A stretch of 52,092 nucleotides of DNA from Escherichia phage flopper. Of the stretch, positions 8,712 through 18,652 are shown piece by piece. Position 1 is the stretch's first letter. Every line of letters starts with the position of its first letter. Under the pieces are notes generated by a model that had not been told where the DNA came from, did not search any database, and was given only the letters and a program-made list of their open reading frames with translations. The stretch is taken from the sequence record NC_048845.1; one strand, written 5' to 3'. The position numbers were made by a program, and so were the translations under genes.

Positions 8712-10652
8712 TTATTGACAGAAGTAGTAAGCGTGTTCGCTCATCAGAAGCTCTTCGGTTACGATGTTCTCATGATACATCTGAATGCCACCAAGTTGCT
8801 TAGACAGATTCTCGAATTGATTGTTGGTTACGAAGATTTCAACATATGCTGCACGAATAACTTCCATCATGCGTGGAGCATCAGCTAAGCAGCAACGGAA
8901 ACAATCGTGGATTGAAGTAAAGCCACGAAGACCAGCTTCTTTAGCTTTAACTGCAACAGTACGAGCAACCAATGCGTCAATACCTTGGATGTAGTTAACA
9001 ACGAAGGTACGCTTGAACTCTTCTTTAGTTGGATTGGACTCACGAATGGTCCAAGGCTTATTCTCCTGAATCTGACCAAAGATGACACGAGTTTGAGAAT
9101 CAACACGAATGCTGAATGCCTCACAGATTTCACGAGATGGGAAGCAAGGCTTCATTACAACCTGACCATCAGTGTGGCGATATGTGATGTACTCTTTGCC
9201 AAGTTCAACACAACGGTTGTATGCAGCATCAGCAGCTTTCTCGATGAACATGTTAATCTTAGCACCCAATGCGTTATGGATTGCTTCTACACACAGTTCA
9301 GCAAATGCCTCAGCTTTCTCCATAGGAATCTGGAGAGCTTCTGTCATGTAGCTAATGAAGTCAGAAGAACCAGTCAATGCAGCTTTACCACCACCATATT
9401 GGATAGCCATGTATGGAGTTTTGATAAACTTACGACCAGCTTTCGGATTCAAGAATTCATCCATAATTTCAGGAGATGGCTTCATTGAAGAACGGTCTAA
9501 TAACTTCAACAGTTCACGAAGAGATAACTGGTATGGGTCAGATGCTTTAGTCTCAGAATCAACCAGACCTGTTGCACGAGCCATTTCCATGTTACCAGCA
9601 ATGAATGCCAGATATTGAGTACCAGAACATTTAGCATCTAAGCCAAAGCCTACACGAGAATCGCATTCACCTGTAGTCTCGAACTTGAACCAATCCAGAG
9701 CCAGACGAACATAAGTGAATGGCTTGGAAGGACGTTCAGCTTTAGGCATGTTCATCATGCGAGCAAGTGAACCAGCTGGATTCTGAGCAACATAAGTTAA
9801 ACGCTTAGCACTGCACCACTCACCACCGGAAATATCTTCCAGCTCTGCCATGAACATGTTGTATGCAATGGTAGTAGAACCATCTTCGTTAAACTTCTTA
9901 ACGATGTTCTCAACATTGTGAGAATACAAGCAACGAGCAAAGTCAGAGGATTGTGGGTTAGGACCAGCACATGCTACATGATACAGACGACCACGGTTAT
10001 CAGCGAAGTAGTCAGAATACAGCTTATCCTGATTCATCATTGCTACAGCATTGTTCCAAACATGAAGTTCAGTCTGGATTGCTTCTGGCACCTGCAAGCC
10101 ACCATAAGTACGTTGCTCAAGCATGGACTGGATGATGCGAACCATCTCAGTCTCCACATGGTACTCAGTATCTTGCAGGAATTCGATTGCAGCTTTCAGA
10201 GTTTTGGATGGCTTAACTTTGCCACCTTTAACGAAAGGCTTGCGACGAGATTCAGATGTAACACGCTCAGTGAATGGCACTGCTGTGTCTTTGGTTGTAA
10301 CCAGTTCAACCCATGTATCAGTTTGTTGGAATGACTTGTCTTCGTTCATGGTGATGAATCCAAAGTGCTTAGCCAAACCAATGAGGTTGATAGCTGGGTC
10401 AACATAGTGCATTGCTTTCAAATCGTTGTTATAACGGTTGGCATCAGCAATAGAAGCAGAAGCCAGCTCAACCATCGCGATGGCAGGAACAACGTCATCA
10501 CGAGTGAAAGACGTCATCATCTTGAAGATGGCTAAGGCAGCAATAGCACAAGTCTGTGGCTGCATATAGTTCTGTTTCTCTTTGGCACGATATACCAGAG
10601 CAGTGATAGCAGGAACAACGGATTTGATAGTTTGAGTGGTGATAGTAGTCAT
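8712..10652 (-). CDS. single-subunit (T7-like) DNA-directed RNA polymerase, short form
   Basis: 646 aa with motif A-like DAKCSGTQYLAFIAG, motif B-like RKFIKTPYMAIQYGGG and motif C-like IHDCFRCCLAD; GGAG RBS 8 nt upstream of the ATG. Confidence 0.8.
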   Translation of the reverse strand: MTTITTQTIKSVVPAITALVYRAKEKQNYMQPQTCAIAALAIFKMMTSFTRDDVVPAIAMVELASASIADANRYNNDLKAMHYVDPAINLIGLAKHFGFITMNEDKSFQQTDTWVELVTTKDTAVPFTERVTSESRRKPFVKGGKVKPSKTLKAAIEFLQDTEYHVETEMVRIIQSMLEQRTYGGLQVPEAIQTELHVWNNAVAMMNQDKLYSDYFADNRGRLYHVACAGPNPQSSDFARCLYSHNVENIVKKFNEDGSTTIAYNMFMAELEDISGGEWCSAKRLTYVAQNPAGSLARMMNMPKAERPSKPFTYVRLALDWFKFETTGECDSRVGFGLDAKCSGTQYLAFIAGNMEMARATGLVDSETKASDPYQLSLRELLKLLDRSSMKPSPEIMDEFLNPKAGRKFIKTPYMAIQYGGGKAALTGSSDFISYMTEALQIPMEKAEAFAELCVEAIHNALGAKINMFIEKAADAAYNRCVELGKEYITYRHTDGQVVMKPCFPSREICEAFSIRVDSQTRVIFGQIQENKPWTIRESNPTKEEFKRTFVVNYIQGIDALVARTVAVKAKEAGLRGFTSIHDCFRCCLADAPRMMEVIRAAYVEIFVTNNQFENLSKQLGGIQMYHENIVTEELLMSEHAYYFCQ

Positions 10653-10722
10653 TTGTAAGTCTCCAAGATTGTGTATGATTTAACTGAAACGGATTATAAT
10701 AGCGTAGCCATTACACAATTCA

Positions 10723-10740
10723 CAACCAACTAATATCACA
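10723..10740 (-). promoter_or_regulatory. conserved intergenic motif copy (candidate phage-RNAP promoter) upstream of the RNAP gene
   Basis: caACCAACTAATatcaca matches the repeated cacATCCAACTAATGTTtCAGA family. Confidence 0.35.
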
Positions 10741-10899
10741 AACCTGTGCCATTGTTACAACAGCACGGAGACTTTGACCTTGACTCATAAGCGAAGCGCC
10801 TAACTTGGTGTTATCATTAAGCCGATAGGCTGTAGAAAAAGTTGGGTAGGGACCGTATTTTAAGTCCGATAGGACGTTGGGCTTCCCCTCCTCGCCGCC

Positions 10900-11115
10900 T
10901 CAAAAAATAAAAATTAATATTGCCACAATTCTAGTCTCGTTAATATTGAAACAATTTGAGTCTCATTAATTCTGTAGCAATATTGAAAATAAAAAAAAAA
11001 ATTATAAAAAAAAATTATTTCATAGTCGGACTTCTGTTCGAACAAATTTCGGCGAGATACAGCTGACCGACCATGAACGAATTTCTATCCAGGTACAGTT
11101 GACCGACCATGTACC
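10900..11115. repeat. A-tract plus 13-bp direct repeats between nrdB and the RNAP gene
   Basis: aaaaaaaaaattataaaaaaaaattattt (about 10981-11010); tgaccgaccatg x2 (about 11063-11075 and 11100-11112); tagcaatattg elements. Confidence 0.45.
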
Positions 11116-11259
11116 ATTTGGTTTTAACTTTACGCATTCCTAATATTACTCTTAATATTGTAGCAATATTGGGAATAAATAAATATTTAATTTACTTGTT
11201 TTATTCTAGTTCAAAGAGAAACGACGCTAACGCATCGAATCTCTTCTCACATTTAATCG

Positions 11260-12360
11260 TTAAAGCTCAAATCCACCCAGAGCATTGGTGTCCACTTCGG
11301 AATCAATCTGCCCAACAAGGTACGAACTAATCTCCGTTTCTTGTGGAGCAACCTGTACAGCATCCGAATTCAACCATGCGTTAATCCAAGGAATCGGGTT
11401 AGTAGCACCTTTGAATGGAGCATCCAATCCAACTGCTTGCATACGAATATTTGTGATATATTCCACATATCCGCACAGAATTTGCTTGTTTAAGCCAATC
11501 ATTGAGCCATCTTTGAACAAATAATCAGCCCAATCTTTCTCTTGTTGGGCCACATTTTCGAACATTAGTTGGCATTCTTGGCGACATTCTTTAGCAATTT
11601 CGGCCATTTCTGGGTCATCAACACCACTTGCAAGAAGGTTCAGCATGTGTTGAGTTCCGGTCAAATGGAGTGCTTCATCACGAGCAATTAGGCGAATAAT
11701 CTTGGCATTTCCTTCCATTAACTTGCGTTCAGCGAAGGCAAATGAGCAAGCAAAACTGACGTAAAAGCGAATTGCTTCCAGCGCATTAATGGACATGAGG
11801 CATAAATACAGCTTCTTCTTAAGCTCACGAAGAGAAACTTTATCTTCATGCAGATGCCACATGGAAGTTAGATGTTGAAGCTCGTCATAATATTGGGAGA
11901 TGCCGATTGCACGCATTTTAATGTGCTCATTCTCCACAATTTCATCGAAAATTACACTTGGGTCTGTCACGATATTACGGATAATATGCGTGTAAGAGCG
12001 AGAGTGAATTGTCTCTGAGAATGACCAAGTTTCAATCCAAGTTTCCAGTTCAGGAATGCTCACAATTGGTAGCAAAACTGTAGTTGGTCCACGTCCCTGA
12101 ATGGAATCAAGGAGGATTTGATAGCGCAAGTTGCTTGTGAAGATGTGCTTCTCGCATTCAGGCAGACCAGCATAGTCAATTCGGTCCTGACTAACATCAA
12201 CCTCTTCAGGTCGCCAAAAGAATGATAACTGCTTCTCAATTAACTTCTCGAAGATGCTATACTTCTGTTGGTCGTATCGAGCAACGTTAACGTTCTGACC
12301 AAAGAACATTGGTTCTAATAGTTGGTTATTCTTGGTTTGTGAAAAGGTAGTGTAAGCCAT
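11260..12360 (-). CDS. nrdB: ribonucleotide reductase class Ia small subunit (R2)
   Basis: 366 aa closely resembling enterobacterial NrdB along its length (by recollection; identity not computed); ATG overlaps the upstream stop as TAATG. Confidence 0.9.
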   Translation of the reverse strand: MAYTTFSQTKNNQLLEPMFFGQNVNVARYDQQKYSIFEKLIEKQLSFFWRPEEVDVSQDRIDYAGLPECEKHIFTSNLRYQILLDSIQGRGPTTVLLPIVSIPELETWIETWSFSETIHSRSYTHIIRNIVTDPSVIFDEIVENEHIKMRAIGISQYYDELQHLTSMWHLHEDKVSLRELKKKLYLCLMSINALEAIRFYVSFACSFAFAERKLMEGNAKIIRLIARDEALHLTGTQHMLNLLASGVDDPEMAEIAKECRQECQLMFENVAQQEKDWADYLFKDGSMIGLNKQILCGYVEYITNIRMQAVGLDAPFKGATNPIPWINAWLNSDAVQVAPQETEISSYLVGQIDSEVDTNALGGFEL

Positions 12361-12914
12361 TACAGATTTCCTAGATACTCATAGAATTTATGGCCACCAT
12401 AACGTCCCAAACCTTTAACATTCTTGAAGTTGCACTTCTCTGATGCTGTACAAAAGTGGGTTGCTTTGGTGACAGAGGGTTGATTAAATAATACAAAAGA
12501 GATTGCAACATTAATGGTGTCCAGAACTTGTTGTTGTTCTGTGGCATAATTAATCTTTGCTACATGCTTCCATTGAGCATTCTTCTTCTTTGCTTCTCGT
12601 GTCCATGCAAATTGATTGCGTTGATAGACAACATCACAAACGGTGTTAGCGAATGGCTTCCCGAACTCTGTTCTATTACGGACGACATTAGCTACCAGAA
12701 TCTTTCCATGTTTGTCTTCTCCGCGAGCTTCATACCAGATAACTTTAGTATAGCATTCTAGCTCTTTTCGTTGTGAAGAAGATAGTTTCAGACTTCCATT
12801 TAAATAAGAATGACTTGCAAAATCTGTAATAGCAGAATTCACTGCCCCAACCGAAGCTGGGGCGTTGATGTGAACTAAAGCTGTCAGAACTGCAAGGACT
12901 TTGAATGATAGCAT
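12360..12914 (-). CDS. SleB/CwlJ-family cell-wall hydrolase with N-terminal signal sequence (probable endolysin)
   Basis: YEARGE...G...VANVVRNR...QFAW hydrolase_2-like motifs; hydrophobic N-terminus [24 protein letters not shown]; directly downstream of the holin. Confidence 0.7.
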   Translation of the reverse strand: MLSFKVLAVLTALVHINAPASVGAVNSAITDFASHSYLNGSLKLSSSQRKELECYTKVIWYEARGEDKHGKILVANVVRNRTEFGKPFANTVCDVVYQRNQFAWTREAKKKNAQWKHVAKINYATEQQQVLDTINVAISFVLFNQPSVTKATHFCTASEKCNFKNVKGLGRYGGHKFYEYLGNL

Positions 12915-12931
12915 TCGAGTTCCTTATCATT

Positions 12932-13273
12932 TCATCGTGCCTTCTTGAACCACGTCAAAGGATTAAGTTGTTTGATTGCGCCAGAGAAACTTTCCCTGAC
13001 AGTTGTGATAATGAGGTTTGCACCGATGACACCAATCACAATAGCCAGAACTAGCTGCATAGTGACGTTAGTCGTGAAGGTTTCAAATGTGCCAGCAACA
13101 TGAAAGGCAAACAAGCCGATTAAGCTGCACAGCGCCGCATCCAGCAGCGCCTTGCTCAAGCCTTCACTTTCATATGCCCCACGGATTAAGGCCGTCAGAC
13201 CGGCCAATAGCCCGTGCCATACGCCGTATTGGTGCATCAGGTCCACAAACATCTGAATGGATAAGCGTTCCAT
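12932..13273 (-). CDS. class I holin (lambda S-like)
   Basis: 113 aa from the internal ATG at 13273 with AAGGA RBS; IRGAYESEGLSKALLDAALCSLI parallels lambda S [23 protein letters not shown]; several TM segments. The longer ORF to 13381 would overlap the fibre gene. Confidence 0.65.
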   Translation of the reverse strand: MERLSIQMFVDLMHQYGVWHGLLAGLTALIRGAYESEGLSKALLDAALCSLIGLFAFHVAGTFETFTTNVTMQLVLAIVIGVIGANLIITTVRESFSGAIKQLNPLTWFKKAR

Positions 13274-13280
13274 GATTTCC

Positions 13281-14318
13281 TTAAGCCGTCCGTTTCCAGA
13301 AGGCATAGTAGTGTACGGAGTTACATACATTGAGTGCAGTCCCGTCGCCAGTTGAGGTTGTTTCATTGCTGCTAGGGCCACCAGTGGTTAGCGGTGCACC
13401 TCCCGTCCATCCTACACTAGGGCCACCACTTGTACCTGTGAAGTATGGAATGTCCACAGTGTGTGCATGAGCGCCAGTAGAGTTGGTAGAACCGCTTATC
13501 GAATGTGTGTGAGCACCAGCAGGGCGAGTGTTTACACCACTTTGGTTTTGGTTAATGGTGGCACCACCGCCAGCAGCAACAGAGACAGCCCCACCTATTG
13601 AGTGAGTGTGGTCCCCAGCAGATGACGTACTTCCACTTACACTGTGAGCGTGTTCACCAGATGAACTTGATGCAACTGCCGCATGGTCGTGGTTGATGGT
13701 GTGAGTGTGGTCCATCGTGTGTGAGTGGGCTGCAATACCGTGAGTGTGGTTCTGCATCCCATGCGTGTGGCCTGGTAGGTTGGCTACAGCAATGGTGGCG
13801 GTATCAGACCCACCTACTGAACCAATCTGGCCAGCAGTTGTGCCTGCTTCTGGGCCAGTTGCAGCACGGGCAGAGCGACCATCGGTGATTTGTTCCCACA
13901 CAGTACCAGTGAACATGTTGTTCGGGTTAGTGGCATTATCAAACTGGAGAACAATTCCGATTGGGTAGATTGAGTTATAAATGTTGTTTGCATTTATAAG
14001 CTCTCTCCAAGTCGCCCATGACCTGTCACCATCACCTCCTTTTTGAGAACGCATCCACATCCTTAAATCGTTAAAGTTTGTGTATCTCTGTATGCAATTC
14101 CCAAGAGTACCGGCACTAGTAAGTAACACTTCCAAGTTACCTGCTGAGGCCCCAGCAGGATACCCATTCTCAACTGTTGCATATGCAGCTATGTTTTGGA
14201 AGAATGTTCCTACATTATCCTTGCCCCACTTATCATTTATATTGCTGTCACCTAAACCAACTGCATCTTTAATGTAGTGTTCGTTAACCAGCGCATCTAA
14301 AGAATAACCTTTAGCCAT
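13281..14318 (-). CDS. tail fibre protein with His-x-His repeat tip
   Basis: 345 aa with a run of HxH motifs (GHTHGMQNHTHGIAAHSHTMDHTHTINHDH...) as in T4-type fibre tips. Confidence 0.65.
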   Translation of the reverse strand: MAKGYSLDALVNEHYIKDAVGLGDSNINDKWGKDNVGTFFQNIAAYATVENGYPAGASAGNLEVLLTSAGTLGNCIQRYTNFNDLRMWMRSQKGGDGDRSWATWRELINANNIYNSIYPIGIVLQFDNATNPNNMFTGTVWEQITDGRSARAATGPEAGTTAGQIGSVGGSDTATIAVANLPGHTHGMQNHTHGIAAHSHTMDHTHTINHDHAAVASSSSGEHAHSVSGSTSSAGDHTHSIGGAVSVAAGGGATINQNQSGVNTRPAGAHTHSISGSTNSTGAHAHTVDIPYFTGTSGGPSVGWTGGAPLTTGGPSSNETTSTGDGTALNVCNSVHYYAFWKRTA

Positions 14319-14326
14319 TTTGAATC

Positions 14327-15703
14327 CTATAAAGTTGAAACTTGCTTAGCAGATAGTGGTGCTGACCAGACTCGGAAATTACGAAGGGCAGTGACCCTGT
14401 CTACGTATGACCCAAGATTTATCAGCGCTTTTCTGCTGTTACTGTCGGCTAACTTCGCATCACCAGGTTGGGAAGCAACCAAAACGCCATTTACATATAT
14501 CTTGAAAGTGCCATCATAAGTGGCAACAATCCTGTTCCAAGCGTTCGGAGTCAACTTGTTTTCAGAATATGCAAATTCAGCGCTGACTCCAGTGCTCACT
14601 TCCGCCTCTATAGACAGTCCACCGTTTTGGCGTACAAGCACCCTTGCTGCACGTAACCCTATTGTAAACAGCCAACCAGTACTTGCTAGTGGGGTTGGGT
14701 AGTAGTAATCGAAAGCTATTGTATACTGTGAGCCACCGATTACGGCACCGGAGCTGCTATATACTTCTCCAGAGACTACCCCAGACGCATCAAACGAGAA
14801 GGCACCACCAAGGTTTTGGTTGTACACAGGCACTCGGTCAGAGTTGTTGTATACGATGCCAACACCACGAACAATATTGATTGAGTTAATCAACGTCATT
14901 TGGAAATCTGGTTCTAAACAGGCATACTCAGGTTCTTGTGCTGCCTTAATACCTGGGAAGCTCAGTTTCGTTACAATATTCGACTTACTTGCAGCAGTGC
15001 CAGTTTCTGCATTGCCCGTGGTCCCGTTGATTCCGAGGTAGTGGCTTCCATTGCGAAGATACAGACCACCATCGTTCACAATCTGTGCAGTTTTGGAATC
15101 ATTCAGATACACAGTTGTGAAAGTAACTTCACCAGTGTATTCACCGCCAGTTGCAGGAACAGCACCAACCTGAGTTGCAGTAAGTTTGTGTGGGTTGTTA
15201 TAGTCCGTTACGTGGGCTTGAACCATTGCACGATAGTTGGCAACAATATTATCCAGTTCGGACTTATTGTATGCACCAATTTGTGCAGCAGTTACTTTGT
15301 GCGGGTTTGTAGTTACATCTGCAATGTGTGCATTAATTGCTGCAACAATTGAGTCGTAATTCGCACGAGAAACTTGAATGGAGCTAGGACTCCACTGTGC
15401 AGAGTTTGCACTTGGGCGTAGTGTTTTGTTAGGGCTGGCAACAGTACAAACATAAATCGTTTTGTTTGTTTCGTCCCAAGCCAAACTACCAACGCCATAA
15501 CTTACATCATTTCCCCACTCAAAGATTCCACGCTCTGCTTGTGCAAGCATTGTGGTGTCAATCTTATATTGCAGGTAGTTAAGAACCTGATAGGTCGGAA
15601 TCTCCGCAACCCAGCCCTTGAGGTATTTTTCATCCCCTGGGTCACGTCTTGCGACAGAGTTGTTTGAAGTCCAGACTCGGTTCAGTTTAGGACGAATCGC
15701 CAT
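14327..15703 (-). CDS. tail fibre protein
   Basis: 458 aa, Gly/Ser/Thr/Asn-rich, in the fibre block. Confidence 0.55.
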   Translation of the reverse strand: MAIRPKLNRVWTSNNSVARRDPGDEKYLKGWVAEIPTYQVLNYLQYKIDTTMLAQAERGIFEWGNDVSYGVGSLAWDETNKTIYVCTVASPNKTLRPSANSAQWSPSSIQVSRANYDSIVAAINAHIADVTTNPHKVTAAQIGAYNKSELDNIVANYRAMVQAHVTDYNNPHKLTATQVGAVPATGGEYTGEVTFTTVYLNDSKTAQIVNDGGLYLRNGSHYLGINGTTGNAETGTAASKSNIVTKLSFPGIKAAQEPEYACLEPDFQMTLINSINIVRGVGIVYNNSDRVPVYNQNLGGAFSFDASGVVSGEVYSSSGAVIGGSQYTIAFDYYYPTPLASTGWLFTIGLRAARVLVRQNGGLSIEAEVSTGVSAEFAYSENKLTPNAWNRIVATYDGTFKIYVNGVLVASQPGDAKLADSNSRKALINLGSYVDRVTALRNFRVWSAPLSAKQVSTL

Positions 15704-16852
15704 TTATACGCTCGCTAACATTGATTTATTGTAGGCTGTCAGTCTTGGGTAGTATGTAATCCTTGATACATACGTTGCATTTGTAAGGCCCAGGTTTGTT
15801 AGAAGTGTGCTCATTGATGTGTAGTATCCACTAGGAGCATCTACCACAGCTCGCAACTTCTTGCCTGCACCATCCATAGCATAAACCACAAAAGTCCCTG
15901 GTGCTGCGTTCCGAAAGCCTTCGAAAGTTACTGTGTTGTTATCTACCCTGAGTCCGCCGTCTACAGCCTGGAAAACAGGAGGTGCAGATGTTGAAATAGT
16001 CCAACCATTTACGGAGGATGCGTCATTCAAAGTTTTGGTAATATTCATATCCAGGTACGGCATAGGAAGTGCGAACCTGTTTCCCCAGCGAATCTGAAAC
16101 TCTGAGTAATTCAGTTCTGTCATCACTGGATACTCTTCACCACCAACTATGCTCCACAGAACATTGCCAAGTGCATCAATGGATAGAATCCTATTACCTG
16201 CTCGCATCTCAATTCTCCCATTTCCTGGGTTCATTCGAATTGTGATGTTTGTTCCAAACTTCATACCACCCAACAGTGACACAGGTCCGGAAAACTTGCC
16301 ACCAGATGTTGGAAGTGTTCCAAGCTGTTGTGGAGTTTCTTGGTGTACGCGACCAGTTTGTAGCTTATGATACACGATGGTCCTTGGGTCTGTGGCGCTT
16401 CCAAAGGCATTATCTATATCAGTTTTGCTATAAGTTTTGTCTGTGATGGTGTCCACAGTTTCTTTATGTGGATTGGTTGCAGCCAAGTGGTTATCGTAGA
16501 GGGACTTCAAGTTACTTACGTCATTAAGGTAGTCAACCCTCTTAAGGTCCATCACCTCTTCCCAACCTGTGGGTGTATATACACGAACAACACCATTGAG
16601 GGAAGATACTGCACCAACTTGATAAGTCACACTTGAATCAAACTCAGCAATGCCACTGAACAGCAGAGATATAATCTTCAAATCACTAATTTGAGATAAG
16701 AAGTTCTGCCATTCGTTGGGAGGCTTTTCAGCTTCCCAGCCCAGATTGGCGTACCTGTTTTCGATAAAACTTGGCGCAGTGGTATCCAAGTCCGGGTCTT
16801 TAACTTCACCATCTTGCGCCCAGGGAAAATTAAACTTAAGACGTTGGGTCAT
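15704..16852 (-). CDS. tail fibre / baseplate-associated protein
   Basis: 382 aa; position between baseplate and fibre genes. Confidence 0.5.
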   Translation of the reverse strand: MTQRLKFNFPWAQDGEVKDPDLDTTAPSFIENRYANLGWEAEKPPNEWQNFLSQISDLKIISLLFSGIAEFDSSVTYQVGAVSSLNGVVRVYTPTGWEEVMDLKRVDYLNDVSNLKSLYDNHLAATNPHKETVDTITDKTYSKTDIDNAFGSATDPRTIVYHKLQTGRVHQETPQQLGTLPTSGGKFSGPVSLLGGMKFGTNITIRMNPGNGRIEMRAGNRILSIDALGNVLWSIVGGEEYPVMTELNYSEFQIRWGNRFALPMPYLDMNITKTLNDASSVNGWTISTSAPPVFQAVDGGLRVDNNTVTFEGFRNAAPGTFVVYAMDGAGKKLRAVVDAPSGYYTSMSTLLTNLGLTNATYVSRITYYPRLTAYNKSMLASV

Positions 16853-17493
16853 TATTCCTCCGGAGGATAATCTTTAGAACCATAAACCAAAGCTATATTA
16901 CCTCCTACATCTTTAAGGGTAATACTAACCCCAACAGGTTTAAAGTTTGGAAGCATGTGTGCCATGAGAACTTTCTCAGGAACAGATAGCCTTTCATGGA
17001 CAACATAATCCATTGTCTGAAACCCTTCGATAATTTGGAGTTTCAACTCCCTTCCCACGACCAACTCAATATACGTGATGATTTGTTCGATAGTGCAGTT
17101 GCCGGTTATCTTGATGATTCGTGCACGTATCGCAGCCTTCAACTGCGCATCTGTTCGAACAAAGTCGCCAGAGTCCCTGTCGTAATCTGATTTCAGAATA
17201 CCACCAACATTTGGGTCATTATCATCACCAGCAGAGAATGCACCTGGGTTGGCATAGAAGCCAAAGTACCCAAGTGCTGCGGCACCATGTATTACGCGAG
17301 AAGCCCCTACAATATATGCAAGGTCATCAACCATGATGCCGAATGAGTCTGCTAAGTATCTGTACTTGATTGAGTCAGTCATGGCTTGTTTAACTTCTGC
17401 AAACTCTTCCAAGAAAATGGAGATATACTTGCGAAGGTTTGGTGAAAGTGCATACTGCGAAAGCAGCATGTCTAAGCCATGTTTACCAGCCAT
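16852..17493 (-). CDS. baseplate protein (P2 gpI-like position)
   Basis: 213 aa immediately downstream of the J-like baseplate gene. Confidence 0.5.
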   Translation of the reverse strand: MAGKHGLDMLLSQYALSPNLRKYISIFLEEFAEVKQAMTDSIKYRYLADSFGIMVDDLAYIVGASRVIHGAAALGYFGFYANPGAFSAGDDNDPNVGGILKSDYDRDSGDFVRTDAQLKAAIRARIIKITGNCTIEQIITYIELVVGRELKLQIIEGFQTMDYVVHERLSVPEKVLMAHMLPNFKPVGVSITLKDVGGNIALVYGSKDYPPEE

Positions 17494-17494
17494 A

Positions 17495-18652
17495 TTATAC
17501 CGTTACGTCAGTGTAGGTTATATTGGCAGCAACGCCACGAGCACGCTTATCAATATCCAAATCAATGGTTGCTGTTCCAGTTGGGTTTGGAGCAATACCA
17601 ATAAACAAGGAATCAATTTCAAGCGACTGTGTTGCAGCCATAATTGGAGCAAACATGTTAGACCATACTACACTCTGCCCTGGTTGTAGGGAGTTGAGAT
17701 AGTTAACAGTTGCTTCGGTCAGTTGACGAATAGCATCGTTAGAACTCAAGTTGGCATTTGCACGGCGACGGAACGTACCTTTGACATAAATGTCTGTGTA
17801 AGTTGGTCGGCTGAAATGAATATCGTGCGGATAGCCTTTTGAGTCTGACACAGTGATTGTAATATCGCCATGAGTAGGAACGCCACCAGTTTTGGCATTG
17901 TAGATTCGACGGGCAATATCATTATTGGTGCCGCCATCAACTACAACAAATACAGTGCCCGAAGGCTGATTGCCAATAGGAGAGCCGGTATCATTATCAC
18001 GAACACGAATGTAATTAATATCGAGGTCAGCGAGTGAAGCATAGATGGCTTCGACTGTGGCTGTGCTACTGACTGCCGTAGTCTTTTCTCGACGTGCTCG
18101 AAGTTGTGGGTCTGGCTCATAGTTAATACCTGTCTCACCAGCTGTTTCATTGTTAACAGAAGCCCAACCAGCAACAGGAGTTACAATTTTGTTGATGGTG
18201 TTAGGTGCGATATAATACTCACCTGGCTCTTCTGCAATAACAGTTACGTCACCTGGAAGTGTTACGTCTGTGTCAAGCACGAAGCGCATTGTTCCATCAG
18301 TTACAACAGAACCAGCAGGAACAATAGTCCCTGTATCACCTTTGCACAGAACAGTTGCTTGTGAGGGTTTATCAACATATCGAACAGTGTTTGTTAACTC
18401 ACAAACGTTATCCAGCCCAACACCAGATACAGCACCTGGACGGAATGCGTTGAATACTTGTTCGGCCTGTTCCCAGCACGAAGCTATTTCGTCTGCCATA
18501 ATTCCAATATATTGTCCATCGGGGGATTCCGGACTTATATCAAAGTTGGAACCAAATGCAGCAATAAATTTGTTATTAAGGCTTGATACAACGTCGGCCA
18601 CAGGTTTACGAACAAAGCCGTTCTCTGTTACGCCGTATTTGATTGTTGCCAT
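17495..18652 (-). CDS. baseplate J-like protein
   Basis: 385 aa following the gpW-like gene, as in the P2/Mu-type W-J-I order. Confidence 0.6.
   Translation of the reverse strand: MATIKYGVTENGFVRKPVADVVSSLNNKFIAAFGSNFDISPESPDGQYIGIMADEIASCWEQAEQVFNAFRPGAVSGVGLDNVCELTNTVRYVDKPSQATVLCKGDTGTIVPAGSVVTDGTMRFVLDTDVTLPGDVTVIAEEPGEYYIAPNTINKIVTPVAGWASVNNETAGETGINYEPDPQLRARREKTTAVSSTATVEAIYASLADLDINYIRVRDNDTGSPIGNQPSGTVFVVVDGGTNNDIARRIYNAKTGGVPTHGDITITVSDSKGYPHDIHFSRPTYTDIYVKGTFRRRANANLSSNDAIRQLTEATVNYLNSLQPGQSVVWSNMFAPIMAATQSLEIDSLFIGIAPNPTGTATIDLDIDKRARGVAANITYTDVTV

Noticed and set aside
8712-10652. Considered whether the 646-aa ORF next to nrdB is the RNR large subunit (nrdA).
   Set aside because: It lacks NrdA-like sequence and instead shows T7-RNAP motifs A, B and C (DAKCSGTQ, RKFIKTPYMAIQYGGG, IHDCF).
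10860-10920. GC-rich segment followed by an A-run as a rho-independent terminator after nrdB.
   Set aside because: On the transcribed (minus) strand the T-run precedes rather than follows the GC-rich segment, so it does not form a terminator in the right orientation.
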